Assembly (NCBI GenBank): GCA_945859975.1
Contig: CAMAPH010000004.1
Coordinates: forward strand, 1-64,000
Direction: 5' to 3'
DNA: 64,000 nucleotides
Source of the DNA: Chthonomonas calidirosea
GTDB lineage: Bacteria; Armatimonadota; Fimbriimonadia; Fimbriimonadales; Fimbriimonadaceae
A program made the translations under genes and the position numbers. The notes beneath the pieces were generated by a model, which did not search any database, was not told where the DNA came from, and was given only the letters and a program-made list of their open reading frames with translations. This document shows positions 9,603 through 19,940 of this stretch, one piece after another. Within the stretch, counting starts at the first letter, position 1; each line of letters opens with the position of its first letter.

Positions 9603-10293
9603 CTTCAATCGGTTCTAGACCCAATCGTGCGCGCGCCTCGTCGAGCACTTTCGCCGTTGCGCTAGCGCCGACTCGAGTCACCCCGATCGCGCGCACTTCT
9701 AGGATTCGATCGAGGTCACGGACTCCTCCGGCTGCCTTTACTTGGACATGTTCGGGACTGTGCTTACGCATGAGCACCAGGTCCTCGAGGGTGGCACCGG
9801 TCGGGGCGTAGCCGGTGCTCGTCTTCACCCAGTCGGCATTCAACTCACCGCAAATCTCACAAAGGCGGATCTTCTCGTCATCGGTAAGGTAGGCGTTCTC
9901 GAAGATCACTTTGACTTTCTGGCTCCGGCCGTGGGCGACATCTATCACGGCGCGAATGTCGTCTTGCACATCCACCCACTGCGCACTCTTCACTCGACTG
10001 ACGTTTACAACCATATCGAGTTCTTGCGCGCCGTCATCGATCGCGCGATTCGCTTCGAAGGCTTTGGCAGCCGCGGTATGTCCGCCGTGCGGGAAACCGA
10101 TCGTGGTGCTGACTTTGACTTCCGACTCCTGCAGGATTTCGCTGCAGAGCGAGACGGCGTACGGCATGATGCAAACGCTCGCTACATCGTAGGCGACCGC
10201 CTGTCGGCAACCCGCGACCAAGTCTGAGTAGGTAAGCGTTGGGTTGAGCAACGAGTGATCGATCATTTTCGCGATGTCAGAGTAATTCCACAT
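9574..10293 (-). CDS. deoC: Deoxyribose-phosphate aldolase
   Basis: IDHSLL, GFPHG, ELDMV, VKTSTG, VKAAGGVR, RVGAS. Confidence 0.95.
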   Translation of the reverse strand: MWNYSDIAKMIDHSLLNPTLTYSDLVAGCRQAVAYDVASVCIMPYAVSLCSEILQESEVKVSTTIGFPHGGHTAAAKAFEANRAIDDGAQELDMVVNVSRVKSAQWVDVQDDIRAVIDVAHGRSQKVKVIFENAYLTDDEKIRLCEICGELNADWVKTSTGYAPTGATLEDLVLMRKHSPEHVQVKAAGGVRDLDRILEVRAIGVTRVGASATAKVLDEARARLGLEPIEAKAPEVVGY

Positions 10294-10363
10294 TGGGTCT
10301 TTCCTTGCAGGTGCCGAGGGCAGGGCCGTAGACCAAGTTTAACTTGGATGATGGCGAAGCGCG

Positions 10364-11119
10364 TTACCGAAGTGCCCCTTCCGCAGGCTGGGTGCGGCGC
10401 AGCGGACCGAGCCAGTTAAAAAAGGCGTAGTGCTCGGGGTGGTACCGCGTTACTTCGTACCATAGACGCGTTTCCGCATCGATAAATCCAACCGCCTTCA
10501 CTTCGAGCACCGCTGACGGCTCTGCCATTTCCAGTGCCTTAGCCACGTCTGCGGGGGCGACCACGGCTGTGATCATCTCTTCAGAACCGTACAACGAAAA
10601 TCCGAACCTTTCTTCTAGCGTGCTGAAAAGTGAGCCGTTGACGTCCTGAATCTTCAATCCTGGACAAAATCCGGCGAGTAAGAAGCGCTCTTCGTAGATC
10701 ACCGGAACTCCATCGGCAGTGCGAACTCGCACCATTCGGTAAATTCGATCTAGTTTTCCGCAGTGTAAGTTCTCAATGACGTCTGCACTGAACTCGGTGG
10801 CCTTGCCGGACGTAAATTCCAAAACAACGGTCCCCGGTTCCTTTCCAGCCCGAAGGCACTGGGCAGTAAAACTTGTCAGCGATTTCAGGTCGTAGTCGAT
10901 GGTCCGTGGTCGAACGAACGTGCCCACTCCGAGCCGATACTCCAGTACGCCTTCGGCAACGAGCGCGCTGAGAACCTTATTTGCCGTAATTCTACTGGTA
11001 CTGAACTTGGCGGCAACGTCTCTCTCGGTCAGAAATTTGTCTCCCGCCTCATACATCCCTTGATCCATGAGATCCTTGAGCTCCTGCTTGATCTTTGAGT
11101 AAACGGGGACTGGTTTCAT
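10364..11119 (-). CDS. GntR/HutC-family transcriptional regulator with UTRA domain
   Basis: wHTH (LTERDVAAKFSTSRITANKVL..GVGTFV) and UTRA-like C-terminus; start may be 11119 or 11167. Confidence 0.9.
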   Translation of the reverse strand: MKPVPVYSKIKQELKDLMDQGMYEAGDKFLTERDVAAKFSTSRITANKVLSALVAEGVLEYRLGVGTFVRPRTIDYDLKSLTSFTAQCLRAGKEPGTVVLEFTSGKATEFSADVIENLHCGKLDRIYRMVRVRTADGVPVIYEERFLLAGFCPGLKIQDVNGSLFSTLEERFGFSLYGSEEMITAVVAPADVAKALEMAEPSAVLEVKAVGFIDAETRLWYEVTRYHPEHYAFFNWLGPLRRTQPAEGALR

Positions 11120-11170
11120 TTCAGACTCACGTGGCCTAGCCAATAGTATTGTAGCTTCTACATCCATAGG

Positions 11171-11692
11171 TCAAGAGTTCTGCCAGAAATACATCGCCGT
11201 GACGGTGGGTGAGTCGGTAATTTCTCCAGAAAGACACATCTGGCGCACTTGCTCTTGGGTGAAGGTTCCAAGCGTCAAGTCAGCTTCCTCTTCTTCGAGT
11301 TCAACCGCAGTCTGCTCGAGCTCCTCGGCGAGGAACACCGTGAACTCTTGGTTGCTGAACCCAGGCGCAACCGCGAGCTTTCCTAAAGCCGTCATACGCC
11401 CCGCCAACAGCCCGGTTTCTTCGCGCAATTCTTGGCGAGCAATTTCCTCCGCGGATAGCTCCGGCTTCCCTTCCACCGCGCCGCTAGGAAACTCCCACGA
11501 CCGCCGCTGATTCGGGTACCGAAACTGTCGAATCATCGTCACATGCGTGCCATCAAAAGGGATGACGACGGCAAACGGTGGCTTGTCGATCCAAGCGTAA
11601 ATTCCTGCGGCTCCGTTGGACCGCTCGATTTGATCTTCAAACAGGGTTAGCCACTTGTTTCGATAAACTTCTCGTCGGGTAGTCAGTCTCAT
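11171..11692 (-). CDS. NUDIX hydrolase (ADP-ribose pyrophosphatase-like)
   Basis: WEFPSG..ARQELREETG Nudix box. Confidence 0.9.
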   Translation of the reverse strand: MRLTTRREVYRNKWLTLFEDQIERSNGAAGIYAWIDKPPFAVVIPFDGTHVTMIRQFRYPNQRRSWEFPSGAVEGKPELSAEEIARQELREETGLLAGRMTALGKLAVAPGFSNQEFTVFLAEELEQTAVELEEEEADLTLGTFTQEQVRQMCLSGEITDSPTVTAMYFWQNS

Positions 11693-11824
11693 GCTGAATT
11701 ATGGGCCTGGAGTTTTCCGAAAAAGAATGGCTAGATCAACCCGCCGAGTCTGTCAAACTGTACGTAGAAAGGAATCAGGACGCACGATGCCGGGTCTCCC
11801 GGGTGGGTGCTTCTGGAAACTTAT

Positions 11825-13345
11825 ATGAGCGAACAAGTACTCGACGAAAGCACGGCCCTTCTTGAACAATTTGCCAACCGAGAATATGAACACGGTTGGA
11901 GCACGGACATCGAAAGTGATACTTTCGAGCCCGGACTGAACGAAGAAGTCATCCGACGACTGTCAGCCATCAAAGAAGAGCCAGAGTGGCTCCTCGCCTG
12001 GCGACTCAAGGCGTATGAGCACTTCAAGACCATGAGGGCACCGAAGTGGCCAAATGTCAGCTACACCGAGACTGACCTTCAGGCGATTAGCTACTACTCC
12101 GCGCCGAAGCTGAAGCCGGTATTGGACTCGCTCGAAGATGCTGACCCGCAGCTTCTCGAAACATTCCGCAAGCTCGGAATCCCGGTCGAAGAGCAAAAGG
12201 TTCTGCTCAACGTTAAGGGCGCCGCTCCAACTCCAGCCGAATCTCTAGCCCGGATGTCTGGAAACGTTGCAGTTGATGCCGTCTTCGACTCCGTCTCCGT
12301 CGTCACCACCTTCAAAGAAGAGCTTCGAAAGCACGGCGTTATCTTCTGCAGCATCAGCGAGGCGGTCAAGGAGCACCCAGAACTGGTGCAGAAGTATCTC
12401 GGCAGCGTTGTGCCGTACAGCGATAACTACTACGCGACGCTCAACTCGGCGGTCTTCTCGGATGGCTCATTTGTTTACATCCCCAAAGGCGTTCGGTGCC
12501 CGATGGAGCTGTCGACTTACTTCCGCATCAATGCGGAAAACACGGGTCAGTTCGAGCGCACGCTGATCGTCGCAGAAGAAGGCGCTTACGTCAGCTACCT
12601 CGAAGGTTGCACGGCTCCTCAACGAGACGAGAATCAGCTTCACGCAGCCGTCGTGGAACTGGTCGCGGTGGGCGACGATTCGACCATCAAGTACAGCACC
12701 GTCCAAAACTGGTACCCGGGAGACCCGAAGACCGGTGTTGGCGGAATCTACAACTTCGTCACCAAGCGTGCGCGCGCCATCGGTAAGCGAAGCAAGGTCA
12801 CCTGGACCCAGGTCGAGACTGGCTCCGCGATCACCTGGAAGTACCCGAGCGTCATTTTGCAGGGAGACGATAGCGTAGGCGAGTTCTACAGCGTTGCTCT
12901 CACCGCCGGTAAGCAACAAGCCGACACCGGTACGAAGATGATTCACATCGGCAAGCGCACGAAGTCGACGATCGTATCGAAGGGCATCTCGGCAGGAAAC
13001 GGCCAAAACACATACCGCGGCTTGGTTAAGATCAACCCAGGTGCGGAAGGTGCACGAAACTATTCCCAGTGCGACTCGATGCTCATGGGCGACCGATGCG
13101 GAGCGCACACCTTCCCCTACATCGAAGTGAAGAACCCTACCGCGACGGTGGAGCACGAAGCTTCAACTTCGAAGATTGGCTACGACCAAATCTTCTACTG
13201 CAATCAGCGCGGTATCCCAACTGAGGACGCGGTCAACATGATCGTTAGCGGTTTCTGCAAGGAAGTCTTCCGAGAACTGCCGATGGAGTTCGCGGTCGAA
13301 GCGCAAAAGCTTCTGGGCGTAAGTCTGGAAGGCAGCGTAGGTTAA
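11825..13345 (+). CDS. sufB: Fe-S cluster assembly protein SufB
   Basis: [62 protein letters not shown]. Confidence 0.97.
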   Translation: MSEQVLDESTALLEQFANREYEHGWSTDIESDTFEPGLNEEVIRRLSAIKEEPEWLLAWRLKAYEHFKTMRAPKWPNVSYTETDLQAISYYSAPKLKPVLDSLEDADPQLLETFRKLGIPVEEQKVLLNVKGAAPTPAESLARMSGNVAVDAVFDSVSVVTTFKEELRKHGVIFCSISEAVKEHPELVQKYLGSVVPYSDNYYATLNSAVFSDGSFVYIPKGVRCPMELSTYFRINAENTGQFERTLIVAEEGAYVSYLEGCTAPQRDENQLHAAVVELVAVGDDSTIKYSTVQNWYPGDPKTGVGGIYNFVTKRARAIGKRSKVTWTQVETGSAITWKYPSVILQGDDSVGEFYSVALTAGKQQADTGTKMIHIGKRTKSTIVSKGISAGNGQNTYRGLVKINPGAEGARNYSQCDSMLMGDRCGAHTFPYIEVKNPTATVEHEASTSKIGYDQIFYCNQRGIPTEDAVNMIVSGFCKEVFRELPMEFAVEAQKLLGVSLEGSVG

Positions 13346-13350
13346 TCGCT

Positions 13351-13390
13351 GAGAACTGGGTTGCAAGGATTTCCTTGCAACCCAGTTCTC
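13351..13390. terminator. Perfect 19-bp inverted repeat, probable bidirectional terminator
   Basis: GAGAACTGGGTTGCAAGGA-tt-TCCTTGCAACCCAGTTCTC between convergent genes. Confidence 0.85.
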
Positions 13391-13392
13391 TT

Positions 13393-14625
13393 TCAGTCTA
13401 CGTTGGTCGTAGCAACCGGGATCTTCTGGTCCGTTTTCATCTGCGACTTCAGTGGCTTAACAAGTTCCCGTAAGCACTGCCCAAACGCCGATTCCATCGG
13501 TGCACGACTAAACCGCATCGTTGCCGAAAGATCAAGCTCCTTAAGGTAGGCGAAGGTAAACCCTTCCGTGAGTTGAGCGATTTCGAACAACTCCCGATCA
13601 TCGAGTGCCATTTCTTCCGGATGCAACGCCGATCGAGTGCGAAGGAACTCGAATCGTTCCTCGGGACCAGGCAGATCAAACTTGATCTTTCGATCAAACC
13701 GACTCGGTCGTTCCGTGAGGGCAGGGTCCAGCTTTTCTGGGTAGTTCGAAGTTGCGAGGATCAAAACACCCCGGTTCTCGGCAAATCCATCTAGCTCGTT
13801 CAACAAGAAGGACAAACACGATCGGTCAATCAGGCTGTCCAAATCTTCCATCACCAGGATGCAAGGCGCAAGTTCCCGGGCTCGTTTGAACACCTTCGAG
13901 ATGCCCACCGAAGCTGTTTGCCGCTGGGACTGAAAGTTTCGAACGTAGATACAGGGCAGCTTCGTTTGTGCGATAACTGCCTTAATCGTTTGCGTCTTGC
14001 CGTTTCCGGGAGGACCCGTTAGCAATACGCCGCGCTTCCAGGGCACTTTGTATCGGTTGTACACATCTTCGGACGTAAAGAAGTTGAGAATATTCTCCTC
14101 AATCTCGTTTCGCATTTCTACACTCAACGTCAAATCGTCGAGTCTAGATAATCGAATCTGCTCGTAAAGTTTTTCGTCGGTAGCAAAAACTCCATTTGAA
14201 TGGACCAAGATTTCGGCCCGAGCGGTATAGCCAAGCAAACAAACTTCGTGGAAGAAGTCGTGTGCGAGCTTTGCGTTCTCCGCAATGATGACGCGTCGGG
14301 TTTGATACTCTCCATAGAGGACAAGGAGAACTCTAAGACTCTGCCCCCGCCAAGTGACGTCGAATAGTCCAACCGGTGAAGAAGACCACACGGGTGAATC
14401 TTCGTCGGTCCAGTTAGCCAAAACGACAGTATGCATTTCTGCCGCAGGTGAAGCAAACGCCTTACCTGCAAGCACAAATTCGTGGAGATCAAAGTCTGAA
14501 TCGTCGGATTCTAGAATATAGAACCCTTGAAAGTAGTCGTGAATTTCCTGACTGAGCTTATACGGAATAAGTGTCGGATACGATGACAAGCAGTTATTGA
14601 TTAGCTGGGTTAAATTGCGCATCAT
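13393..14625 (-). CDS. AAA+ ATPase
   Basis: KRGVLLTGPPGNGKT, LVMEDLD, LLNELDG, SNYPEKLDPALTERPSRFD. Confidence 0.9.
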   Translation of the reverse strand: MMRNLTQLINNCLSSYPTLIPYKLSQEIHDYFQGFYILESDDSDFDLHEFVLAGKAFASPAAEMHTVVLANWTDEDSPVWSSSPVGLFDVTWRGQSLRVLLVLYGEYQTRRVIIAENAKLAHDFFHEVCLLGYTARAEILVHSNGVFATDEKLYEQIRLSRLDDLTLSVEMRNEIEENILNFFTSEDVYNRYKVPWKRGVLLTGPPGNGKTQTIKAVIAQTKLPCIYVRNFQSQRQTASVGISKVFKRARELAPCILVMEDLDSLIDRSCLSFLLNELDGFAENRGVLILATSNYPEKLDPALTERPSRFDRKIKFDLPGPEERFEFLRTRSALHPEEMALDDRELFEIAQLTEGFTFAYLKELDLSATMRFSRAPMESAFGQCLRELVKPLKSQMKTDQKIPVATTNVD

Positions 14626-14781
14626 GAACGTGGCCAGAAGGGCCAGAATAGGAACACCGCCGAGACTCGAAGATCGAGTCCGGATTGACTACCAAGAAGC
14701 GGTGGCGGCGTAGCGGTTCATGACGAAGCTTTATTCTCCCGGTATGCCCTAAAAAAGTCAAGACTGTCGTATGCTTTTCCC

Positions 14782-15222
14782 GTGACCGAAGAGCACTTCT
14801 ATGAGCTATGCCTGATGGTTCGGCTCAACAACGGCGACCGTGAGATGGTCCGCGAACTCGCAGAGGAGTTGCTCCTAAGGGGATACACCGATCCTGAAAT
14901 ACTGGACCTTGCCATTGCCGATGACCAAAATTGGGAAACCTCCCAGCCAATCCTCGCAAATATGGTGTCCAAGCTTGGAATCATTTCCGCCAAGAGCCCA
15001 GCTGAAGAGCTTGCGAGAATTTGGATCCAAAGGGGACTCCTCGCTGGGCAAAGTCCGATTGAAGCGATCAACGTGTTGTGGAGATCCGGCTCGCTTGATG
15101 CGTTCCTCGAAACCAAAACTCTCAGCGATCTACTGTGCTGGGCTGATGTGGCGATTGCCACTTCTGACCCCAATCCAGCCCTGGAGAAACAAATCATGGA
15201 CTGGCTAGCTCAAACGACATAA
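14782..15222 (+). CDS. Hypothetical protein
   Basis: 146-aa ORF filling the gap; GTG 6 nt after TATGCT. Confidence 0.6.
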   Translation: MTEEHFYELCLMVRLNNGDREMVRELAEELLLRGYTDPEILDLAIADDQNWETSQPILANMVSKLGIISAKSPAEELARIWIQRGLLAGQSPIEAINVLWRSGSLDAFLETKTLSDLLCWADVAIATSDPNPALEKQIMDWLAQTT

Positions 15223-15285
15223 TGCCGCTTCGCGATTCCGAGTAAAACGAACCAGGCGGCTGGAACCGTCCAATGTTGAGAGCGC

Positions 15286-16194
15286 ATGGCCGACCTAAAC
15301 CGCACCCAGATCCTTTCCGGAGACCTGAACCGCACCCAGATGGGCGCGCCGCCGGTCGCCGATCCAAACAAGACAATGATGGGTTCGGCTCCGAGCCTCA
15401 ACGCGACGCAGACCATCAAGCCGGTCCAGTGCCCAGTCTGCAAAACGTTCAACCCTACCGGCGTGATGTTCTGCGTCGAATGTGGCCTCATTTTCGACCG
15501 CGCGCTTCCCGGTGATGCCTTTGGAGCCCCGGCCATTCAGTTGCCGATGCTGATCGACAGCAACGGCCGCGAGCACGTCATCCGCCCCGGAACGAACGTC
15601 GTCGGACGCGAAGCTGATATCCAACTCCCCGACGCCCGAGTCTCGCGCCGCCATGCGCAAATCACTTTCGACGCCAAGGAAGTCCTTTCCGTAGAAGACC
15701 TCGGCTCCACGAACGGCACCAAAGTCAACGGCACCGCTCTCGCTGCCGGACAATCGCAAACGCTCACAGGCGGAGAGAAGCTCAGCTTCGGCGGGTTGGA
15801 GCTTCAACTCCAGCTTCCGGGAGCAAAGGGCGGTAACACCACTCAGGTTTTCGCCAGCAACAAAACCGCTACCATCACGGCCGCACCCAAGAAAGACGTC
15901 ACCCCAGGCCGACTCAAAGGCGGCGACTACGACCTGCCGCTCAAGCAGGGCGTCAACACATTCGGTCGCAAAGCCGACAATGATCTCTGCATTCCTGATC
16001 CATACGTGAGTGGAAAGCACGGCACCATTGAGCTCGCCGACGACGGGGTTTTCATCACGGACACGGGTAGTTCAAACGGCACCGTTTTGAGCGGAGCCAA
16101 GCTCGTTCCAAACATGCGAACGCTGGTCCGGCCAGATGACGAAATCCAGCTTGGCTCGGTTCGGCTCGTTGTCGAGCTTAGTCCGCAACCCTGA
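15286..16194 (+). CDS. Zinc-ribbon plus two FHA domain protein
   Basis: CPVC..CVECG; two FHA cores ([33 protein letters not shown]). Confidence 0.9.
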   Translation: MADLNRTQILSGDLNRTQMGAPPVADPNKTMMGSAPSLNATQTIKPVQCPVCKTFNPTGVMFCVECGLIFDRALPGDAFGAPAIQLPMLIDSNGREHVIRPGTNVVGREADIQLPDARVSRRHAQITFDAKEVLSVEDLGSTNGTKVNGTALAAGQSQTLTGGEKLSFGGLELQLQLPGAKGGNTTQVFASNKTATITAAPKKDVTPGRLKGGDYDLPLKQGVNTFGRKADNDLCIPDPYVSGKHGTIELADDGVFITDTGSSNGTVLSGAKLVPNMRTLVRPDDEIQLGSVRLVVELSPQP

Positions 16195-18004
16195 GAACGC
16201 TGAGGAAGGCTTCCTGAGGCAGTTCGATACTTCCGATCTGCTTCATTCGCTTCTTTCCTTCCTTTTGCTTCTCAAGCAGCTTGCGCTTTCGGGTGATGTC
16301 GCCGCCGTAGCACTTAGCGATAACGTTCTTTCGGAACGGCTTGATGGTGTCGGCGGAGATGACCTTTGCTCCGATGGCGGCCTGAACGCGCACTTCGTAT
16401 TGCTGGCGCGGAACGACTTCCTTCAGTCGTTCGACCATTCCCCGGCCACGGTTGTAGGCAAACTCCTTGTGAACGATAAACGAAAGCGCGTCGACCGGAT
16501 CGCCGTTTAGCAGGATGTCTACCTTCACCAAACTACTGTGGACGTACTCGCTGAGATCGTAGTCGAACGAGGCGTAGCCTCGGGTTGAGCTCTTGAGTTT
16601 GTCGAAGAAGTCCAGCAGGATTTCGCCCAGCGGAAGCACGTAGTGCAAGATCACTCGCTGCGGGGTCGGATACTCCGTTCGAACGTAAGTGCCTCGTCGC
16701 TCTTGGCAAAGGGTCATGACCGCGCCAACGTAATCATTTGGCACCATGATCGTCGCCGTGACCGTGGGCTCTTCCACCATCTCGATGAGGTTTGGATCCG
16801 GCCATTCTGCGGGGTTCGAGATTTGCAAAATCTCCTGGCTCTTCATCGTCAATCGGTAGTCCACCGAAGGCGCCGTGAGGATTAGGTCGAGGCCAAACTC
16901 TCGCTCAAGCCGCTCTCGGGCGATTTCCATGTGGAGCAGGCCAAGGAATCCGCACCGGAATCCGAAGCCCAACGCAGCGGAGGTTTCAGGTTCGAACTGC
17001 AACGCCGCGTCGTTCAATCGCAACTTATCGATCGCGTCGCGAAGGTCTTCGTATTGATCGCCGTCGCTTGGATACAAGCCACAGAAGACCATGCTGAGGG
17101 CTTGGCGATAGCCGGGCAAGGCGTCGGTCGCCGGTTCCACCGCGTTAGTTACCGTGTCACCAACGCGGGCGTCGCCGATGCTCTTCATAGCCGCGGTCAA
17201 GAAGCCAACTTCCCCACACGCCAAACCATCGTCAACCGTAAGCGCGGGACCGAAGTGCCCGGTGGAATCGATATCAAACTTCGATCCCGTCGCCATCATC
17301 TGAATCTTGTCTCCCTTCTTAACGCTGCCATCCGTAATTCGAATGTAGGCAACGGCGCCCTGGTAGGCATCGAAGTGAGAGTCGTAAATCAGCGCGCGCA
17401 GCGGAGCGGAAGGATCGCCTTTCGGCTGGGGCACACGGGCGACGACGGCTTCTAGAATCTCGTCGATCCCGATGCCGGCTTTCGCGGAACATGGAATCGC
17501 ATCCGTCGCGTCAATCGCTACCGCGCTTTCGATTTCTTCTCGTGCTCGCTCGATGTCGGCATGTGGCAGGTCGATCTTGTTGATCACCGGAATGATCTCG
17601 AGGTTCTGGTTCATCGCCATGCTTGCATTAGCGATGGTTTGCGCCTCCACACCCTGGCTGGCATCCACCACCAAGAGTGCGCCCTCGCAAGCAGCAAGCG
17701 CGCGCGAGACTTCGTACGTAAAATCGACATGCCCCGGCGTGTCAATCAAGTTCAGCTGGTAGGTGATTCCATCCTTGGCCTTGTAGAGCAATCGGACCGC
17801 CGCCATCTTGATCGTGATGCCGCGCTCTCGCTCGATATCCATGCTATCCAGCATCTGTTCTTGAGCTGTCCCACGAATGGCACCGCAACGCTCAATCAAT
17901 CGGTCGGCGAGCGTAGATTTGCCGTGATCAATGTGCGCGATGATGCAGAAGTTTCGGATCCGGGACTGATCCATATTAGACTGGTCGATTTTTGACTGGT
18001 CCAT
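16178..18004 (-). CDS. lepA: Elongation factor 4
   Basis: [67 protein letters not shown]. Confidence 0.98.
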   Translation of the reverse strand: MDQSKIDQSNMDQSRIRNFCIIAHIDHGKSTLADRLIERCGAIRGTAQEQMLDSMDIERERGITIKMAAVRLLYKAKDGITYQLNLIDTPGHVDFTYEVSRALAACEGALLVVDASQGVEAQTIANASMAMNQNLEIIPVINKIDLPHADIERAREEIESAVAIDATDAIPCSAKAGIGIDEILEAVVARVPQPKGDPSAPLRALIYDSHFDAYQGAVAYIRITDGSVKKGDKIQMMATGSKFDIDSTGHFGPALTVDDGLACGEVGFLTAAMKSIGDARVGDTVTNAVEPATDALPGYRQALSMVFCGLYPSDGDQYEDLRDAIDKLRLNDAALQFEPETSAALGFGFRCGFLGLLHMEIARERLEREFGLDLILTAPSVDYRLTMKSQEILQISNPAEWPDPNLIEMVEEPTVTATIMVPNDYVGAVMTLCQERRGTYVRTEYPTPQRVILHYVLPLGEILLDFFDKLKSSTRGYASFDYDLSEYVHSSLVKVDILLNGDPVDALSFIVHKEFAYNRGRGMVERLKEVVPRQQYEVRVQAAIGAKVISADTIKPFRKNVIAKCYGGDITRKRKLLEKQKEGKKRMKQIGSIELPQEAFLSVLRVAD

Positions 18005-18052
18005 AAGTTTTCAAGAACGACTGAAATTATACCGGGGACTTTAGGTACGAGG

Positions 18053-18081
18053 TTGAAAAATCTGGAGCTTTCGTGTATGAT
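18053..18081 (+). promoter_or_regulatory. Sigma70-type promoter of the vapBC operon (leaderless geometry)
   Basis: TTGAAA-N17-TATGAT, 6 nt before ATG 18088. Confidence 0.7.
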
Positions 18082-18087
18082 TCATGC

Positions 18088-18339
18088 ATGGCAACGAAAA
18101 CCATATCCATTGAGGTCGATGTTTATGAGCTTCTAAAAGAGCTCAAGGTCAGTCCGTCGGAGTCCTTCTCGGAGGTCATCCGCAGAACCGTTCCAAAACG
18201 GGCAAGAACGGTGCGCGAAATTCGAGCCCTTTACGATGCCGGTGAGCTGAAGAGCGGAATCCTAACCGACGAGGACGTCGCAAAAATCGAAGAAGCAAGA
18301 GAGTCTGGAGCACCGGCTCGAGACGCTTGGGCCGAGTAG
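18088..18339 (+). CDS. VapB-type antitoxin (DUF217-like, RHH-like N-terminus)
   Basis: MATKTISIEVDVYELLKELK..ESFSEVIRR; directly upstream of a PIN toxin. Confidence 0.8.
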   Translation: MATKTISIEVDVYELLKELKVSPSESFSEVIRRTVPKRARTVREIRALYDAGELKSGILTDEDVAKIEEARESGAPARDAWAE

Positions 18340-18356
18340 TTCTGGAGGCGAAAGCT

Positions 18357-18734
18357 ATGGATAGAGCAATTGCGGACACCTGCGTTCTCATCGATCTTCA
18401 AAGGCAAAACGCCGCTGCAGAACGATTGCAAGACCGGTATCCAGATCTACAATTAGAGCTCAGTTTTGTAGCGGCAGCGGAATTCCTCATCGGCTTCGAT
18501 GCCGTTCCAGAACATGGCATGCGTGTCCTTGCCGAGTTCGTGGTCAAGCCAGTGACATCCGACACGCTTCAACTATACGCCCGCGTCTGGAACCGACTCA
18601 AGCGCAGCGGCAACCTGATCGGCCCGAATGACCTTTGGATTGCCGCTACCTGCCTTGAGCACGGCTTGCCGATCCTCACTCGAAATGTGAGGGAGTTTGA
18701 GCGCGTGCCCGGGTTAGAGATCCTTAGTTACTAG
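18357..18734 (+). CDS. vapC: PIN-domain toxin VapC
   Basis: IADTCVLID, AEF, IGPNDLWIAATC, ILTRNVREFERVPGL. Confidence 0.92.
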   Translation: MDRAIADTCVLIDLQRQNAAAERLQDRYPDLQLELSFVAAAEFLIGFDAVPEHGMRVLAEFVVKPVTSDTLQLYARVWNRLKRSGNLIGPNDLWIAATCLEHGLPILTRNVREFERVPGLEILSY

Positions 18735-19212
18735 CAAATCGAGCGGTCTTTACCATTCGATCGAAAGCGGCCTGAAGCTGCTTTTCTTCGGTCTTGCTCG
18801 GAATCTTCACGCTCAGCGCCAAGACCGGCCCCTTCGGACTGTGGAGCAACACATAGCGTCGATCCGCAAACCCGCTCTCGTCGCTGATGGTGAAGCTGCA
18901 GGTGTTATAGCCCTGATCCGTTTTGCCGAGTTTGTAAGGCGTGGCCGTTCCCTTCTTCTCTCGCATGATGAAGAACATCGACGTCTTGTAGAGCTGGTCC
19001 CAGTCCGGCTTTGGACCTGCGTTTGCGGTCATGGCGGTCATCTTTCCTTTCGGACCGTCGAACTCACGCTGGCCGAAAGGAGTCTCCTTCGAAACTTCCC
19101 ACCCTTTGGGAACCTCAAGTGAATAGGCTGGGGTGACGACTTTCACGAAACCGTCTTTCAGGTCGGTGACCTTAGCATCGAGCGCAGTTTGGGCGACGAA
19201 AAGAGCAAACAT
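18724..19212 (-). CDS. Hypothetical (probably exported) protein
   Basis: 162-aa ORF with typical codon usage and hydrophobic N-terminus. Confidence 0.65.
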   Translation of the reverse strand: MFALFVAQTALDAKVTDLKDGFVKVVTPAYSLEVPKGWEVSKETPFGQREFDGPKGKMTAMTANAGPKPDWDQLYKTSMFFIMREKKGTATPYKLGKTDQGYNTCSFTISDESGFADRRYVLLHSPKGPVLALSVKIPSKTEEKQLQAAFDRMVKTARFASN

Positions 19213-19302
19213 AACTCGTATACGAGCGTCCGAGAAAAATGGCTCAGATTGCGGCTCATTGACATTTCCCTGCCATGGGCCTATCTTCTTCTGGGAGATT
19301 TC

Positions 19303-19740
19303 ATGAAATTGCCATTCCGTTCCTCAATGATTTAGAACACCCTGATGGCTTGCGCCGTCCTTTCCGTCCTCGCCTGTGGCGGTAACTGCGATAATGACAA
19401 CGAACAGAGCTATCAAGTGGTTGGGCCACTCAATTTCACCGGAGCGTACGGCGGAGCGGGCGAAGACTTACACATCCGAGAATCGAGTCAAGCCGAAACC
19501 ACCGCAAATCGATTTTCCGCCGGTCAGACAAAGGTCGTCGGCGGTACGAGCCAAGTTTTCTACAGTGCGTCCGGCGCCGTGACCGTCCAGTATGTCGCCT
19601 CAAGACCGGGCGCGACTCTAGCGACCAGCAATTTGAGCATCACCTTGGTCCAGGCTCAGGCAATACAAGTCGGCACCAGCCGAATCCGGGTCACGTACAA
19701 CGGAACTACCTTGTCAGCCGTGATAGAGCCGTTCGGCTAG
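19303..19740 (+). pseudogene. Putative lipoprotein gene with in-frame TAG at 19333-19335 (intact ORF from 19345)
   Basis: TTGACA-N17-TATCTT promoter, GGAGA SD, ATG 19303 in frame with the downstream ORF: MKLPFRSSMI*NTLMACAVLSVLACGG. Confidence 0.5.
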
Positions 19741-19748
19741 TAATCGAC

Positions 19749-19777
19749 CTCTCCGGGGGCCGGTGGTCCCCGGAGAA
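19749..19777. terminator. GC-rich hairpin after the putative lipoprotein gene
   Basis: TCTCCGGGGGCC-ggt-GGTCCCCGGAGA. Confidence 0.6.
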
Positions 19778-19838
19778 AGATTCTCTCACGCCCCTCGGCG
19801 CGAGTCGGTTCAAAAGGGGATTCCCGACTCAGGTCATT

Positions 19839-19856
19839 CTTGACACTGCCTTGACA
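19839..19856 (+). promoter_or_regulatory. Pho-box-like direct repeat upstream of the DUF1553/DUF1501 operon
   Basis: CTTGACA-ctgc-CTTGACA, 11-bp period; 14/18 identical to the box upstream of phoA. Confidence 0.45.
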
Positions 19857-19940
19857 TTCTGAAAGTGGCAATTTTCGTCACAAGCGACTTCTCGGGCTTC
19901 CGACTTTCCGAGTTTCCTGCTAACTTACAGATGTCTTCGC

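Noticed and set aside
11825..13345. Intein in SufB
   Set aside because: Length (~506 aa) and continuous SufB motifs leave no room; no splice-junction motifs
19333..19335. Pyrrolysine or genome-wide TAG recoding
   Set aside because: TAG ends many intact genes here (ogt, nhaA, deoC, galT, DUF1501); no pyl genes in the window
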